A stretch of DNA of 64,000 nucleotides, taken from positions 8,062 to 72,061 of the forward strand of contig JBIOXV010000207.1 in the NCBI GenBank assembly GCA_044869805.1. The letters are read 5' to 3'. A program made the position numbers and the translations under genes. Each line of letters opens with the position of its first letter. The first letter of the stretch is position 1. The stretch comes from Thermoanaerobaculia bacterium (GTDB lineage Bacteria > Acidobacteriota > Thermoanaerobaculia > Multivoradales > SZUA-115). Positions 56,259 to 64,000 of the stretch are shown here, piece by piece. The notes below the pieces were generated by a model, which saw only the letters and a list, made by a program, of their open reading frames with translations, was not told where the DNA came from and did not search any database.

Positions 56259-58964
56259 TCACTGACCTACGGTCGCGGCCTCCGCCGGGTTTCGGGCGCC
56301 GCCGAGCAGCGTACCGAGCCCCAGGAAGCCGGCGAGCCGCGAGCCCAGCAGCCCCCCTTGCGCAGTCGACACCAGCCGGATGCGTTCGCTCTCGCCGTAG
56401 GCGCAGGTCAGGAACGGCGCCCCCAGGTCGAGGTCGGCCACCGCCTGCTGCTGGTCCGGCGTCAGGCCGGGCTGCACCATCGCCAGCATCTGGCTGCCGA
56501 GCGGCCCGAGGTTCCCGTAGACCACGGCCGAGAAGTCCAGATAACCGTCGGTGGGCAGCAGAGCCTTGAAGCCCGGCGCGTCCGGCAGCGAGTACTGCGA
56601 GTCGCGCACCGCCAGCGCCCGGTCGACGAGCGCCCGGCTGGGGGCCGCGATGAAGTATCCGCCGTCGAACGTGTAGTGTACTTCGATCAACACGTTCGGC
56701 GACGAGATGCGGTAGTAGGTGCGGCCGTTGGCGGTCTCCTGCCCGAGGGTCACGCCCGGCTTGCCGGCGGCGGCCGCCAGCCGGTCGATCTCCGCCGTGG
56801 CCCACTCGATCGCCTGCTGCAGCCGGGCCGTGTCGTAGACCTCGGCCACCACCTTCCAGGCCGGCAGCGGCAGGCTCGGCCCGTCGATGGCGAAGGCGAT
56901 CTCGCCGCCCAGCGGTGCCGCGAGGTCGTCGACCACGTCCACCCCGTGCTCGCGCTCGAAGGCCGCGAGGTGGTCGGCGAAGCCCGGGCTGACCCCCTCG
57001 ACGAAGCGGAAGGTCTGGCCCAGGATGGTCGCCGGGTCCTCCACCACGAAGGCGGCGGCGAAGTTGGCGTCCGGGGAGACGAAATCCAGGCTGCCCATCG
57101 CCGCCGGCGCCGCCAGCCACGCGAGGGCGCCGGTGCGCGGCCCGTCGAAGTGGAGCACGCCACCAGTGTGGGCCACCTCACCGTTGGCCTTGTGCTCGAC
57201 GATCACGTGCTCGACGTGGTCGAGGCCGGTAAAGGCCAGGGCCTGCTGGCCGTGGGCACCGTGCGCCGAGGTCTCGTCCTCCGCGCGGTCGAGGAGGGAC
57301 GCCAGGTCCACGCCGCCCAGCCACTGGGCGCCCTGCGAGTACGCCTCGACGAGGCGGCTAGCGAAGGCCGTCTCGGCGAAGCCGGCGGCACCGGGCGAGG
57401 CCAGGCGTGCGGCCAGGGCCTGGAGCGCGGCGAGGTCCGGGGTGGCGGCGAACAAGTCGCCGGCCGGCCACAGCAGGAGCTCGTGCTCGCCGGCCGGGGC
57501 GGCGGTCGCCGGGTCGGCGACGATGCGCAGCGTGACCTCGTGCCCTGGGTCGGCGTTGAGGCGCTCGACCTCGCTCGCCAGCACGGCGGCGAACGACGCC
57601 GGGTTGGCCACCTCGGCCAAGAGCAGCGGCGCGTGCGGCTCGCTGTCCTCGTCCAGGTCGAGGGCGATCACGATCTCTTCGCCCAGGTGCTGGCCCAATC
57701 CCGCCAGCCGGTCGATCATCTCGGCGATCTCGCGGTCGGTCCCCGAGCCACCCACCTGCTGCCGCCACCACTCGGCCAGCACCTCGTTGGCGGCCAGGCG
57801 CTGCTCGAAGAGGTGGTAGGCGTCGGCCAGCTCGGTGGTCACGTTCGGCAGCCCCAGGTAGATCGCGGTGTCGGCCGGAACCAGCGGCAACAGCCGGCTG
57901 TCGTAGCGCAGGCCGGTGGCGGCCAGGGCGCGGCTGACGTCCCGATCCAGCGCCTTGAGCTCGGAGAGCAGGGCGATGTAGCGCTCGCGGTCGCGGCTCC
58001 AGGAGAACTCCGTTTCGACCGAGGCCGCGGTGCCGCCCTCGCGGGTCGCCGCCTGGTCGCCGGGATGGAGCACGCGCTCGTCGTCGCCGTGCTCGACGTG
58101 CACCTCGCCCTCGATCACCGCCACCCGCGAGCCCTTGGTGCCGTGGTTGACGGAGAAGATGGTGCCGGTCACCGAGACCAGGCAGTCCTCGGTGGCCACG
58201 TAGAGGTGCCCGTGCTGCTCGGCCGCCTCGACGATGATGCCGCCGCGGGCCACGCGAATGGTGGTGTCCCCGCCGCGCTCGGCCAGGGAGAGGGCCGAGC
58301 GCTCGCGCATCTCGATCCGCGAGCCGTCGGCGAGCCGCACCACCGCGCCCGAGTCCTTGCCGGTGCGGACCTCCTGGCCCTCGGCGATCGCCTCGCCGGG
58401 CGCCAGCGGCCGCGGCTCGTCCCCGACCAGGCGGAAGAGCTGGCCGTCGACCGCCGCCACCTGGGCGATCGCGGTGTTGTTGCCCAGGAAATCACCCCAG
58501 CGCACCACGCCGGCGATGCCCACCGTCAGGAGCACGGCGGCGGCGACCGCCAGCCAGGGCGAGCGCTGCCAGCCCGTGACGTTTGCGGCAGGGCGGCGGA
58601 CGGCGAGCTCCGCGGCGCCGGTGCGGGCGGCCTTCAAGGCCCGCCGGCAAGTCAGGCACTCTCGGCTGTGGTCCTCGAGCAGCAGCGCCTTGGCCGGCGT
58701 CAGCGCTCCCTGGAGGTAGGCCGGGATCAGGGCCTGGAAGTCGGCGCAGGCGGCGAGGTGGGCGCCGGCCACGATCTCCGGCGTGCCGGGGGCCATGGCC
58801 GGGCCGTGCACCTCGGGGGTCGCCTCGCGGGCCAGGCGCTCGCGGACGCGGGCGGCGGCGGCGTGCTCCACCTCGGGGGGCAGCTCGGCCGAGGCCGCGG
58901 CCTCGATGGCCGCGTCGAGCGCGGCGTCGGCATTCTTGGGCAGATCGAAGTCACGCAGTTTCAT
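56259..58964 (-). CDS. large anti-sigma factor (zf-HC2 zinc finger, TM segment, FecR-like domain, about 600-aa periplasmic extension)
   Basis: [12 protein letters not shown] zinc-finger motif, a TM helix ([18 protein letters not shown]), and a FecR-like beta region. Overlaps the sigma gene by 4 bp. Confidence 0.6.
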   Translation of the reverse strand: MKLRDFDLPKNADAALDAAIEAAASAELPPEVEHAAAARVRERLAREATPEVHGPAMAPGTPEIVAGAHLAACADFQALIPAYLQGALTPAKALLLEDHSRECLTCRRALKAARTGAAELAVRRPAANVTGWQRSPWLAVAAAVLLTVGIAGVVRWGDFLGNNTAIAQVAAVDGQLFRLVGDEPRPLAPGEAIAEGQEVRTGKDSGAVVRLADGSRIEMRERSALSLAERGGDTTIRVARGGIIVEAAEQHGHLYVATEDCLVSVTGTIFSVNHGTKGSRVAVIEGEVHVEHGDDERVLHPGDQAATREGGTAASVETEFSWSRDRERYIALLSELKALDRDVSRALAATGLRYDSRLLPLVPADTAIYLGLPNVTTELADAYHLFEQRLAANEVLAEWWRQQVGGSGTDREIAEMIDRLAGLGQHLGEEIVIALDLDEDSEPHAPLLLAEVANPASFAAVLASEVERLNADPGHEVTLRIVADPATAAPAGEHELLLWPAGDLFAATPDLAALQALAARLASPGAAGFAETAFASRLVEAYSQGAQWLGGVDLASLLDRAEDETSAHGAHGQQALAFTGLDHVEHVIVEHKANGEVAHTGGVLHFDGPRTGALAWLAAPAAMGSLDFVSPDANFAAAFVVEDPATILGQTFRFVEGVSPGFADHLAAFEREHGVDVVDDLAAPLGGEIAFAIDGPSLPLPAWKVVAEVYDTARLQQAIEWATAEIDRLAAAAGKPGVTLGQETANGRTYYRISSPNVLIEVHYTFDGGYFIAAPSRALVDRALAVRDSQYSLPDAPGFKALLPTDGYLDFSAVVYGNLGPLGSQMLAMVQPGLTPDQQQAVADLDLGAPFLTCAYGESERIRLVSTAQGGLLGSRLAGFLGLGTLLGGARNPAEAATVGQ

Positions 58965-59563
58965 AGGGTGGTACCTCCGAGCAGGGGCTCGAGCTCACGA
59001 CCCAGCCGGTGCCGGGTGCGGTGCAGGATGACGGCGACCGCGGTCTGCGAGGTGCCGAGCATCTCGGCGATCTCGCGGTTGCCGTGGCCTTCGAAATAGC
59101 GCAGGGAGAAGATCTCGGCGGCGCGGGGTGAGAGGGCCGCCACCTTCGAGCGCAGCCAGCCGGCCAACTCGCGGCGGCGGCGGTCGCCCTCGGGGCCGGC
59201 CTCGGGTGCCTGGGCCAGGTCCGGGGCGACCTCGTCGAGGTCCACGGCACGCGCTCGTTTTCTGGCTCTCAACAGGTCGAGGGCCGCGTTCACCGCGGCC
59301 CGGTGGAGGTAGCTGGCGGCGCCGGCCGAAAGGTCGACGTCCTCCTCGCGCCGGACGAGCCGCACGAACACGGTCTGCAGCACGTCCTCGGCGTCGGTGG
59401 AGTTGCCGGTGATGCGGTAGGCGGTCCTCAGGATACGGGAGTGGTGCTGCTCGAAGAGCTCGCCCACGGTGGCCCCTGGCGGTCCCGGCTGGGGTGGGGG
59501 GGCGTGGGCTGGTAGCTGGACGGCGGCGATCAATGGCTCCTCCTTCCTGTCGTCTGCACCCAT
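58961..59563 (-). CDS. ECF-family RNA polymerase sigma factor
   Basis: Sigma-70 region 2 (ILRTAYRITGNSTDAEDVLQTVFVRL) and region 4 (REIAEMLGTSQTAVAVILHRTRHRL). 200 aa with a GGAGG RBS. Confidence 0.85.
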   Translation of the reverse strand: MGADDRKEEPLIAAVQLPAHAPPPQPGPPGATVGELFEQHHSRILRTAYRITGNSTDAEDVLQTVFVRLVRREEDVDLSAGAASYLHRAAVNAALDLLRARKRARAVDLDEVAPDLAQAPEAGPEGDRRRRELAGWLRSKVAALSPRAAEIFSLRYFEGHGNREIAEMLGTSQTAVAVILHRTRHRLGRELEPLLGGTTL

Positions 59564-59597
59564 AGAACGCCTCCGGTCGGACTTTCTTAACACCCCG

Positions 59598-59622
59598 GGA
59601 ACCCGGGCCGTGGCCCCCGTAA
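59598..59622 (+). promoter_or_regulatory. ECF-type promoter motif GGAAC-N15-CGTAA oriented toward the downstream secreted-protein gene
   Basis: GGGAACccgggccgtggccccCGTAAcg sits about 130 nt upstream of the 59754 start, in the divergent region next to the ECF sigma gene. Confidence 0.4.
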
Positions 59623-59753
59623 CGAACGGCACGGCCGGAGGCCCGTAGAGGGAATCTCCTGCGACTCCTGTCCCCGCTTCCAGCCCGAGCGCGGAGAGTG
59701 CAGCGAAGGAACTACGTGCCAGCCCCCATTTTCTCTCTTTTAAGGAGAGGTCC

Positions 59754-60605
59754 ATGAAATACAGGACTTGGGTCCTGCTCGCCAGCCTCGCCCTGCTGCC
59801 GGCCGCCGCCCGGGCCGACCGGGCGCAGACCTTCATCGGTAGCACGGTGGTGGGCGGCCTCTGGCAGCGGCCGATCGCCAACGGCTCCGCGATCTCTGGC
59901 CAGCAGGGGCCGATGCGATTCATCGCCCAGGAGTTCAAGGTCACCGGCACCGCGACCTGCAGCGTCTTCAGCTCGCAGGAGTTCGACGGCGTGATCTTCC
60001 TCTACCGCAACAGCTTCAACCCCTCGAGCCAGCTCACCAACTTCCTGGCCGGCAACGACGACGGGCCAGTGGGCGACTCCCCGCCCGAGCTCCAGAGCTC
60101 GGCGATCGAGAACGTGGTGCTCGACGGCGGCGGAGTCATTGGTGGGCGCACCTTCGTGCTGGTCACTACCGGCTTCAACAACACCCACCAGGGCTCCTAC
60201 CAGAACTTCATCCAATGTGACGACAACGTGCAGCCAGTCCAGGGATCCTGCGGCGCTTTCTCCAACATCGCGGTCAACAACGCCATCTGCCTGGCCGATC
60301 GCTTCCTGGTGGCGATCGACAACATCTCGAACCACCCCACTGGCATCGGCACGCCGGTGCGCACCGGCTCGACCGACACCGGCATCTTCTGGTTCTACAA
60401 CGATCGCAACTGGGAGGTGATGGTCAAGGTCGTCAATGGTTGCGCGCTCAACGGCAGGTGGTGGGTCTTCGCCGGCGCGCTCACCAACCAGCGCTACCGG
60501 ATCATTGTCCACGATACCGCCACCGGCGCCCAACACGGGTACAGCAACGCCCAGGGCGTGCGTGCGCCGGCGGTCGCGGACACCACGGCTTTCGACTGCT
60601 TCTAG
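59754..60605 (+). CDS. secreted hypothetical protein (283 aa) in a lower-GC patch
   Basis: Signal peptide (LLASLALLPAAARA), a beta-rich Asn/Gly/Thr-rich composition, and GC of about 60%. Confidence 0.45.
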   Translation: MKYRTWVLLASLALLPAAARADRAQTFIGSTVVGGLWQRPIANGSAISGQQGPMRFIAQEFKVTGTATCSVFSSQEFDGVIFLYRNSFNPSSQLTNFLAGNDDGPVGDSPPELQSSAIENVVLDGGGVIGGRTFVLVTTGFNNTHQGSYQNFIQCDDNVQPVQGSCGAFSNIAVNNAICLADRFLVAIDNISNHPTGIGTPVRTGSTDTGIFWFYNDRNWEVMVKVVNGCALNGRWWVFAGALTNQRYRIIVHDTATGAQHGYSNAQGVRAPAVADTTAFDCF

Positions 60606-60696
60606 GCTGGGCGGGGGAGCCCCGATTGCCGGCGCACGGGCTCTCCTGTACGCTCGCGATGCGCGGTCGCGCATGGGAGGGAGGGGAGGCGCAATC

Positions 60697-61572
60697 ATGA
60701 GACAAAACGGCGTTCGGCTGCGCAGGGCGTGCATCGCCCTGCTCGGCATCGCCCTCGTCGCCACGCCGGCGGCACGGGCCCAGGAGGAGGAGAAGCTCGG
60801 CTGGTCCGATACCGCGGAGGTGGCGGTGGTCGCCACCGCCGGCAACTCGGAGTCGTCCACCATCGGCCTCAAGAACACCCTCTTTCACGGCTGGGAAACG
60901 GCCCGCTTCCAGCTCGACCTGGGTGCCCTGCGGGCCAAGACCACCACCTTCAGCCGCACCGCGGTCGGCAGCGGCCCGGCCGACTTCGTCCTCGTCGAGG
61001 ACGAGGACAGCCGCACCACGGCCGAGCACTACTTCCTGCGCGGCCGCTACGAGCGAGACCTGGCCGCCGGCTTCTACTGGTTTGCCGGCGCCGGCTGGGA
61101 GCGCAACGAGATCGCCGGCTTCGAGAGCCGCCTCTCGGCGGTGGGAGGTGTCGGCCGCCGGTGGCTCGACACCGAGGCAGCGCGGTTCAAGACCGACGCC
61201 GGCCTCACCTTCACCGATCAGGACGACGTGGTGGACGACCCGGCGGCGGACTCCCAGTTCCTCGGCGCCCGCCTCTCCTACGACTACTGGCACAGGCTCA
61301 CCGCTTCGACCGAGCTCGCGAGCGTGCTGATCGTCGACCTGAACGCCGACGACACCGACGACCTCCGTGCCGACTTCACCAACTCGGTGGCGGTGTCGAT
61401 GTCCGAGCGCCTGGCCTTGAAGGCCGGGCTGCAGCTCCTCTTCGACGACCAGCCGGCGCTGGTGGCGGTGCCGATCACCCGGCCGGACGGCACGCCGACC
61501 GGCGCCGTGGCCTTCGCCGACCTCGACGACCTGGATTCGATCTTCACGGTCTCCCTGGTGGCGAGCTTCTAG
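60697..61572 (+). CDS. outer-membrane beta-barrel protein (DUF481/YdiY-like)
   Basis: Strong RBS (GGGAGGGAGGGGAGG), signal peptide, alternating amphipathic beta-strand pattern, and a C-terminal aromatic residue (F). Confidence 0.5.
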   Translation: MRQNGVRLRRACIALLGIALVATPAARAQEEEKLGWSDTAEVAVVATAGNSESSTIGLKNTLFHGWETARFQLDLGALRAKTTTFSRTAVGSGPADFVLVEDEDSRTTAEHYFLRGRYERDLAAGFYWFAGAGWERNEIAGFESRLSAVGGVGRRWLDTEAARFKTDAGLTFTDQDDVVDDPAADSQFLGARLSYDYWHRLTASTELASVLIVDLNADDTDDLRADFTNSVAVSMSERLALKAGLQLLFDDQPALVAVPITRPDGTPTGAVAFADLDDLDSIFTVSLVASF

Positions 61573-61578
61573 CCGGCC

Positions 61579-64000
61579 CTACTCCCGCCCCAGCGCGTCG
61601 ACCGGGTCGACGGCGGCGGCGCGCCGCGCCGGCAGGTAGGCGGCGGCGACCGCCACCGCCAACAGCACCGCGGCGACCGCCGCCAGGGTCGGCGGATCGG
61701 TGGGCTCGACCTCGAAGAGCAGGCTCTTCATCCAGCGCATGAGGCCCAGGGCGGCGCCGAGGCCCATGACCACCCCGGCGGCCGCCACGCCGAAGCCCTG
61801 GCGGAGCACCATCCCCACTACCTCGCGCCGCGCCGCGCCGAGCGCCATGCGCACGCCGATCTCCCGCGTACGCTGCGACACCAGGTAGGAGATCACGCCG
61901 TAGATGCCCACCGCGCCGAGCAGCACCGCGGCGCCGGCGGCGATCGACAGCAACAGCAGCGTGAAGCGGGTGCGGGCCATGGAGGCGGCCACCACCGCGT
62001 CCATGGGGCGCAGGCTGGCGATCGGCACCTTGGGGTCGATGGCCCACACCGCCTGGCGCACGGCCGGCGCCAGGCTTTCGGGAGCCAGTTTGTGCGCGCC
62101 CTGCGAGGCTTTGACGGTGATCGACATCAACCGCGGCAGCCAGCCGGCCGGCCCGCCATCGGGCGCCCGGACGGGGAGATAGACCATCTCGACCGGCGCC
62201 TCGGTGAGCGACTGGTGACGCACGTTGCCCACCACCCCGACGATCGTGAACCAGCTCTCGCCCTCGTTCAGCCCGGGATGGATGCGCCGGCCGAGCGCCG
62301 ACCGTCCGGGGAAGTACTTCTCGGCGAAGGCCTGGCTCACCACCATGGCGCCGGTCAGGTCGGCGGTGTCCGCCGGCTCGAGGGTACGGCCCTCGACGAG
62401 CCCGATCCCCATGGCCTCGAAGTAGCCGGGCGTGGCGCGCAGGTTGGGGACGATCGGCGGCAGGTCGTCGGCCGAACGCGGGTAGTCCTCGAAGGCCATG
62501 GCCGACCAGGAGCTGCCGCTGGTGAGCGGCACCGAGGAGGCGGCGCCTGCCTGGACCACGCCCGGGAGGGCGCGCAGGCGCTCGAGCACCTGGCTGTAGA
62601 AGCGGTCGACGGCGGCGGCGTCGCCGTAGTCGACCTCGTTCAGGGCGACGCGCAGGGTCAAGACGCCGCGCGGCTCGAAGCCGGGGTCCACCCCCGAGAG
62701 GCGTGCGAAGCTCTTGAGCATCAGCGCCGAGCCCGCGGCCAGGACCAGCGCCAGGGCGAGCTGCGAGGCCACCAGCACGTTCCTCGCGCGGTGCCGCTCG
62801 CGCCCCACGGTGGCGCCGCGGCTGCCATCGCGGAGCGTCGAGTTGATCCGCGCGTCGCCCTGGCGCAGGGCCGGGAAGGCGCCGAAGGCGAGCCCCGAGA
62901 CGAGCGATAGCACCGCGGTGAAGGCGAGCGCGCGGCCATCGATCCCGATCTCGTCGAGGCGAGGGATGTTGCCGGGGTCGAGGGCCACCAGCGCCGCCAG
63001 GCCCAGCCGCGCGAGCAGCAGGCCGAGGAGGCCCGCGGCGAGCGTCAGCACCAGGCTCTCGAGCAGGAACGAGGCCGCGATCTGCCGGCGGCCGGCGCCC
63101 AGCGCGGTGCGCACCGCCACCTCCTTGCCGCGGCCCTCGGCACGCACCAGGAAGAGGTTGGCGACGTTGGCGCAGGCGATCAGGAGGATCAGCCCGACGC
63201 TCCCCAGGAGGATCCACAGCAGCGTGGTCGCATCGCCCACCACCTCGCCGGCCAAGGGGTCCACGAGCGTCTTCATCTGCGCCTTTTCCATCTGCTCCCG
63301 GGTGATGTCGCCGGGGTAGATCTCGGGCAGGCGAAGCAGCAGCGGATCGAGCTCGGCTTTCGCCGCCTCGGCGGTCACCCCGGGCTTCAGGCGGGCCACG
63401 CCACGGTAGGTGAAGTTGCTTTCCACGGGCCTCGCCAGGTCGATCGTGAGGGGCGTCCAGATCTCGACGTCGCGGGACGGGAACCGGAAGTCGGCGGGCA
63501 GCACCCCGACGACGCGGTGGGACACGCCGTCGACCAGGAGCGTCTTGTCGAGGATCGCCGGCTGGCCGCCGAAACGCCGGCGCCAGGCGCGCTCCGAGAC
63601 CAGCACCACCGGCTCGGCGCCCGGCCTCTCCTCGTCCTCGCGAAACAGCCGGCCGAGCTCCGGCTCGACCCCGAGGACGTTGAACAGCGAGGCGGTCGTC
63701 GCCGTCGAGGGGATGCGCACCGGTTCGCCCTCGCCGGTCACGTTCGAGCTCTGCTCGGCAAGGATGGCGATGTCCTCGAAGGAGCGGTTGTGCTGGCGGA
63801 AGAGGAGGTAGGTGGCCTCGCTGTGCTCGAACTTCGGCATGTTGACGCCCGGCGCCGAATTCCACACGCCGACCAGCCGCCCGGCGTCGCGGAAGGGCAG
63901 GGGCTTGAGCAGCACCGAGTTGACGACGCTGAAGATGGCGCTGTTGGCGCCCAGCCCCAGAGCCAGCGTGAGGACGGTGACCAGCGTGAAGCCAGGGCTG
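61579..64000 (-). CDS. ADOP-family (Acidobacterial duplicated orphan permease) FtsX/MacB-like permease, 5-prime partial (start beyond the window end)
   Basis: The N-terminal [32 protein letters not shown] consensus continues past nt 64000. MacB-like periplasmic domains and FtsX TM bundles are duplicated. Confidence 0.8.
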   Translation of the reverse strand, partial: SPGFTLVTVLTLALGLGANSAIFSVVNSVLLKPLPFRDAGRLVGVWNSAPGVNMPKFEHSEATYLLFRQHNRSFEDIAILAEQSSNVTGEGEPVRIPSTATTASLFNVLGVEPELGRLFREDEERPGAEPVVLVSERAWRRRFGGQPAILDKTLLVDGVSHRVVGVLPADFRFPSRDVEIWTPLTIDLARPVESNFTYRGVARLKPGVTAEAAKAELDPLLLRLPEIYPGDITREQMEKAQMKTLVDPLAGEVVGDATTLLWILLGSVGLILLIACANVANLFLVRAEGRGKEVAVRTALGAGRRQIAASFLLESLVLTLAAGLLGLLLARLGLAALVALDPGNIPRLDEIGIDGRALAFTAVLSLVSGLAFGAFPALRQGDARINSTLRDGSRGATVGRERHRARNVLVASQLALALVLAAGSALMLKSFARLSGVDPGFEPRGVLTLRVALNEVDYGDAAAVDRFYSQVLERLRALPGVVQAGAASSVPLTSGSSWSAMAFEDYPRSADDLPPIVPNLRATPGYFEAMGIGLVEGRTLEPADTADLTGAMVVSQAFAEKYFPGRSALGRRIHPGLNEGESWFTIVGVVGNVRHQSLTEAPVEMVYLPVRAPDGGPAGWLPRLMSITVKASQGAHKLAPESLAPAVRQAVWAIDPKVPIASLRPMDAVVAASMARTRFTLLLLSIAAGAAVLLGAVGIYGVISYLVSQRTREIGVRMALGAARREVVGMVLRQGFGVAAAGVVMGLGAALGLMRWMKSLLFEVEPTDPPTLAAVAAVLLAVAVAAAYLPARRAAAVDPVDALGRE

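Noticed and set aside
59594-59606. Palindrome CCCCGGGAACCCGGG as a possible second GGAAC -35 on the minus strand for sigma autoregulation
   Set aside because: The reverse complement reads GGGTTCCC, not GGAAC. Only the plus-strand reading fits the ECF -35/-10 spacing.
1-64000. CRISPR arrays and rRNA genes
   Set aside because: No regularly spaced 25-40 bp direct repeats with unique spacers and no rRNA-like conserved stretches were seen. The only phased repeats are the 9-bp operator-like repeats at 49346-49443 and the coding tandem repeats.

Overview
This is a 64 kb window of high-GC (about 70%) bacterial chromosome, read from the given sequence and the supplied six-frame ORF track without tools. 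The gene content points to Acidobacteria: the window ends in an Acidobacterial-type duplicated orphan permease (FtsX/MacB-like) gene, and it holds five paralogs of a secreted family with an N-terminal GWxTD-like domain and a C-terminal VWA domain that all end in GYYP.

Feature layout, left to right:
- A housekeeping block: prfA (partial), prmC, murA, a lytic transglycosylase with TPR repeats, a SurA-like protein, rsmI, mnmA and a cysteine desulfurase.
- A tandem array of the GWxTD-VWA paralogs. It is interrupted by a metal-transport and RNase insert (corA, an NRAMP transporter, and a YhaM-like HD/OB nuclease).
- A roughly 140 bp intergenic element with terminal inverted repeats, present three times, each just downstream of a gene of that family.
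- A large STAND ATPase with TPR repeats, then xseA and xseB, a maf gene, a TrmJ-like methyltransferase, eda, an archaeal-type cofactor-independent phosphoglycerate mutase, a macro-domain protein and argS.
- A roughly 5.1 kb island at 44.36-49.45 kb with lower GC (about 55-60%), bounded by a diverged duplicate of a gene's 3-prime end. It carries a DNA methyltransferase, a 781-aa protein with GHKL-ATPase motifs, and a DGQHR (DndB-like) protein whose upstream region holds four evenly spaced direct repeats. A vapBC pair sits next to it. This is the best candidate in the window for an undescribed defence module.
- The right side holds a Tat-signal FAD oxidoreductase, an ABC operon with two ATPases and two permeases, a large zinc-finger/FecR-like anti-sigma factor with its ECF sigma, an ECF-type promoter aimed at a low-GC secreted-protein gene, and a DUF481-like outer-membrane protein.

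On limits: several coordinates I derived myself (repeats, promoters, alternative starts) may be off by 1-2 nt. Many long ORFs on opposite strands or in other frames are artefacts of the GC content and are not called. I found no rRNA, tRNA or CRISPR array by eye, but I could not scan for tRNAs exhaustively.
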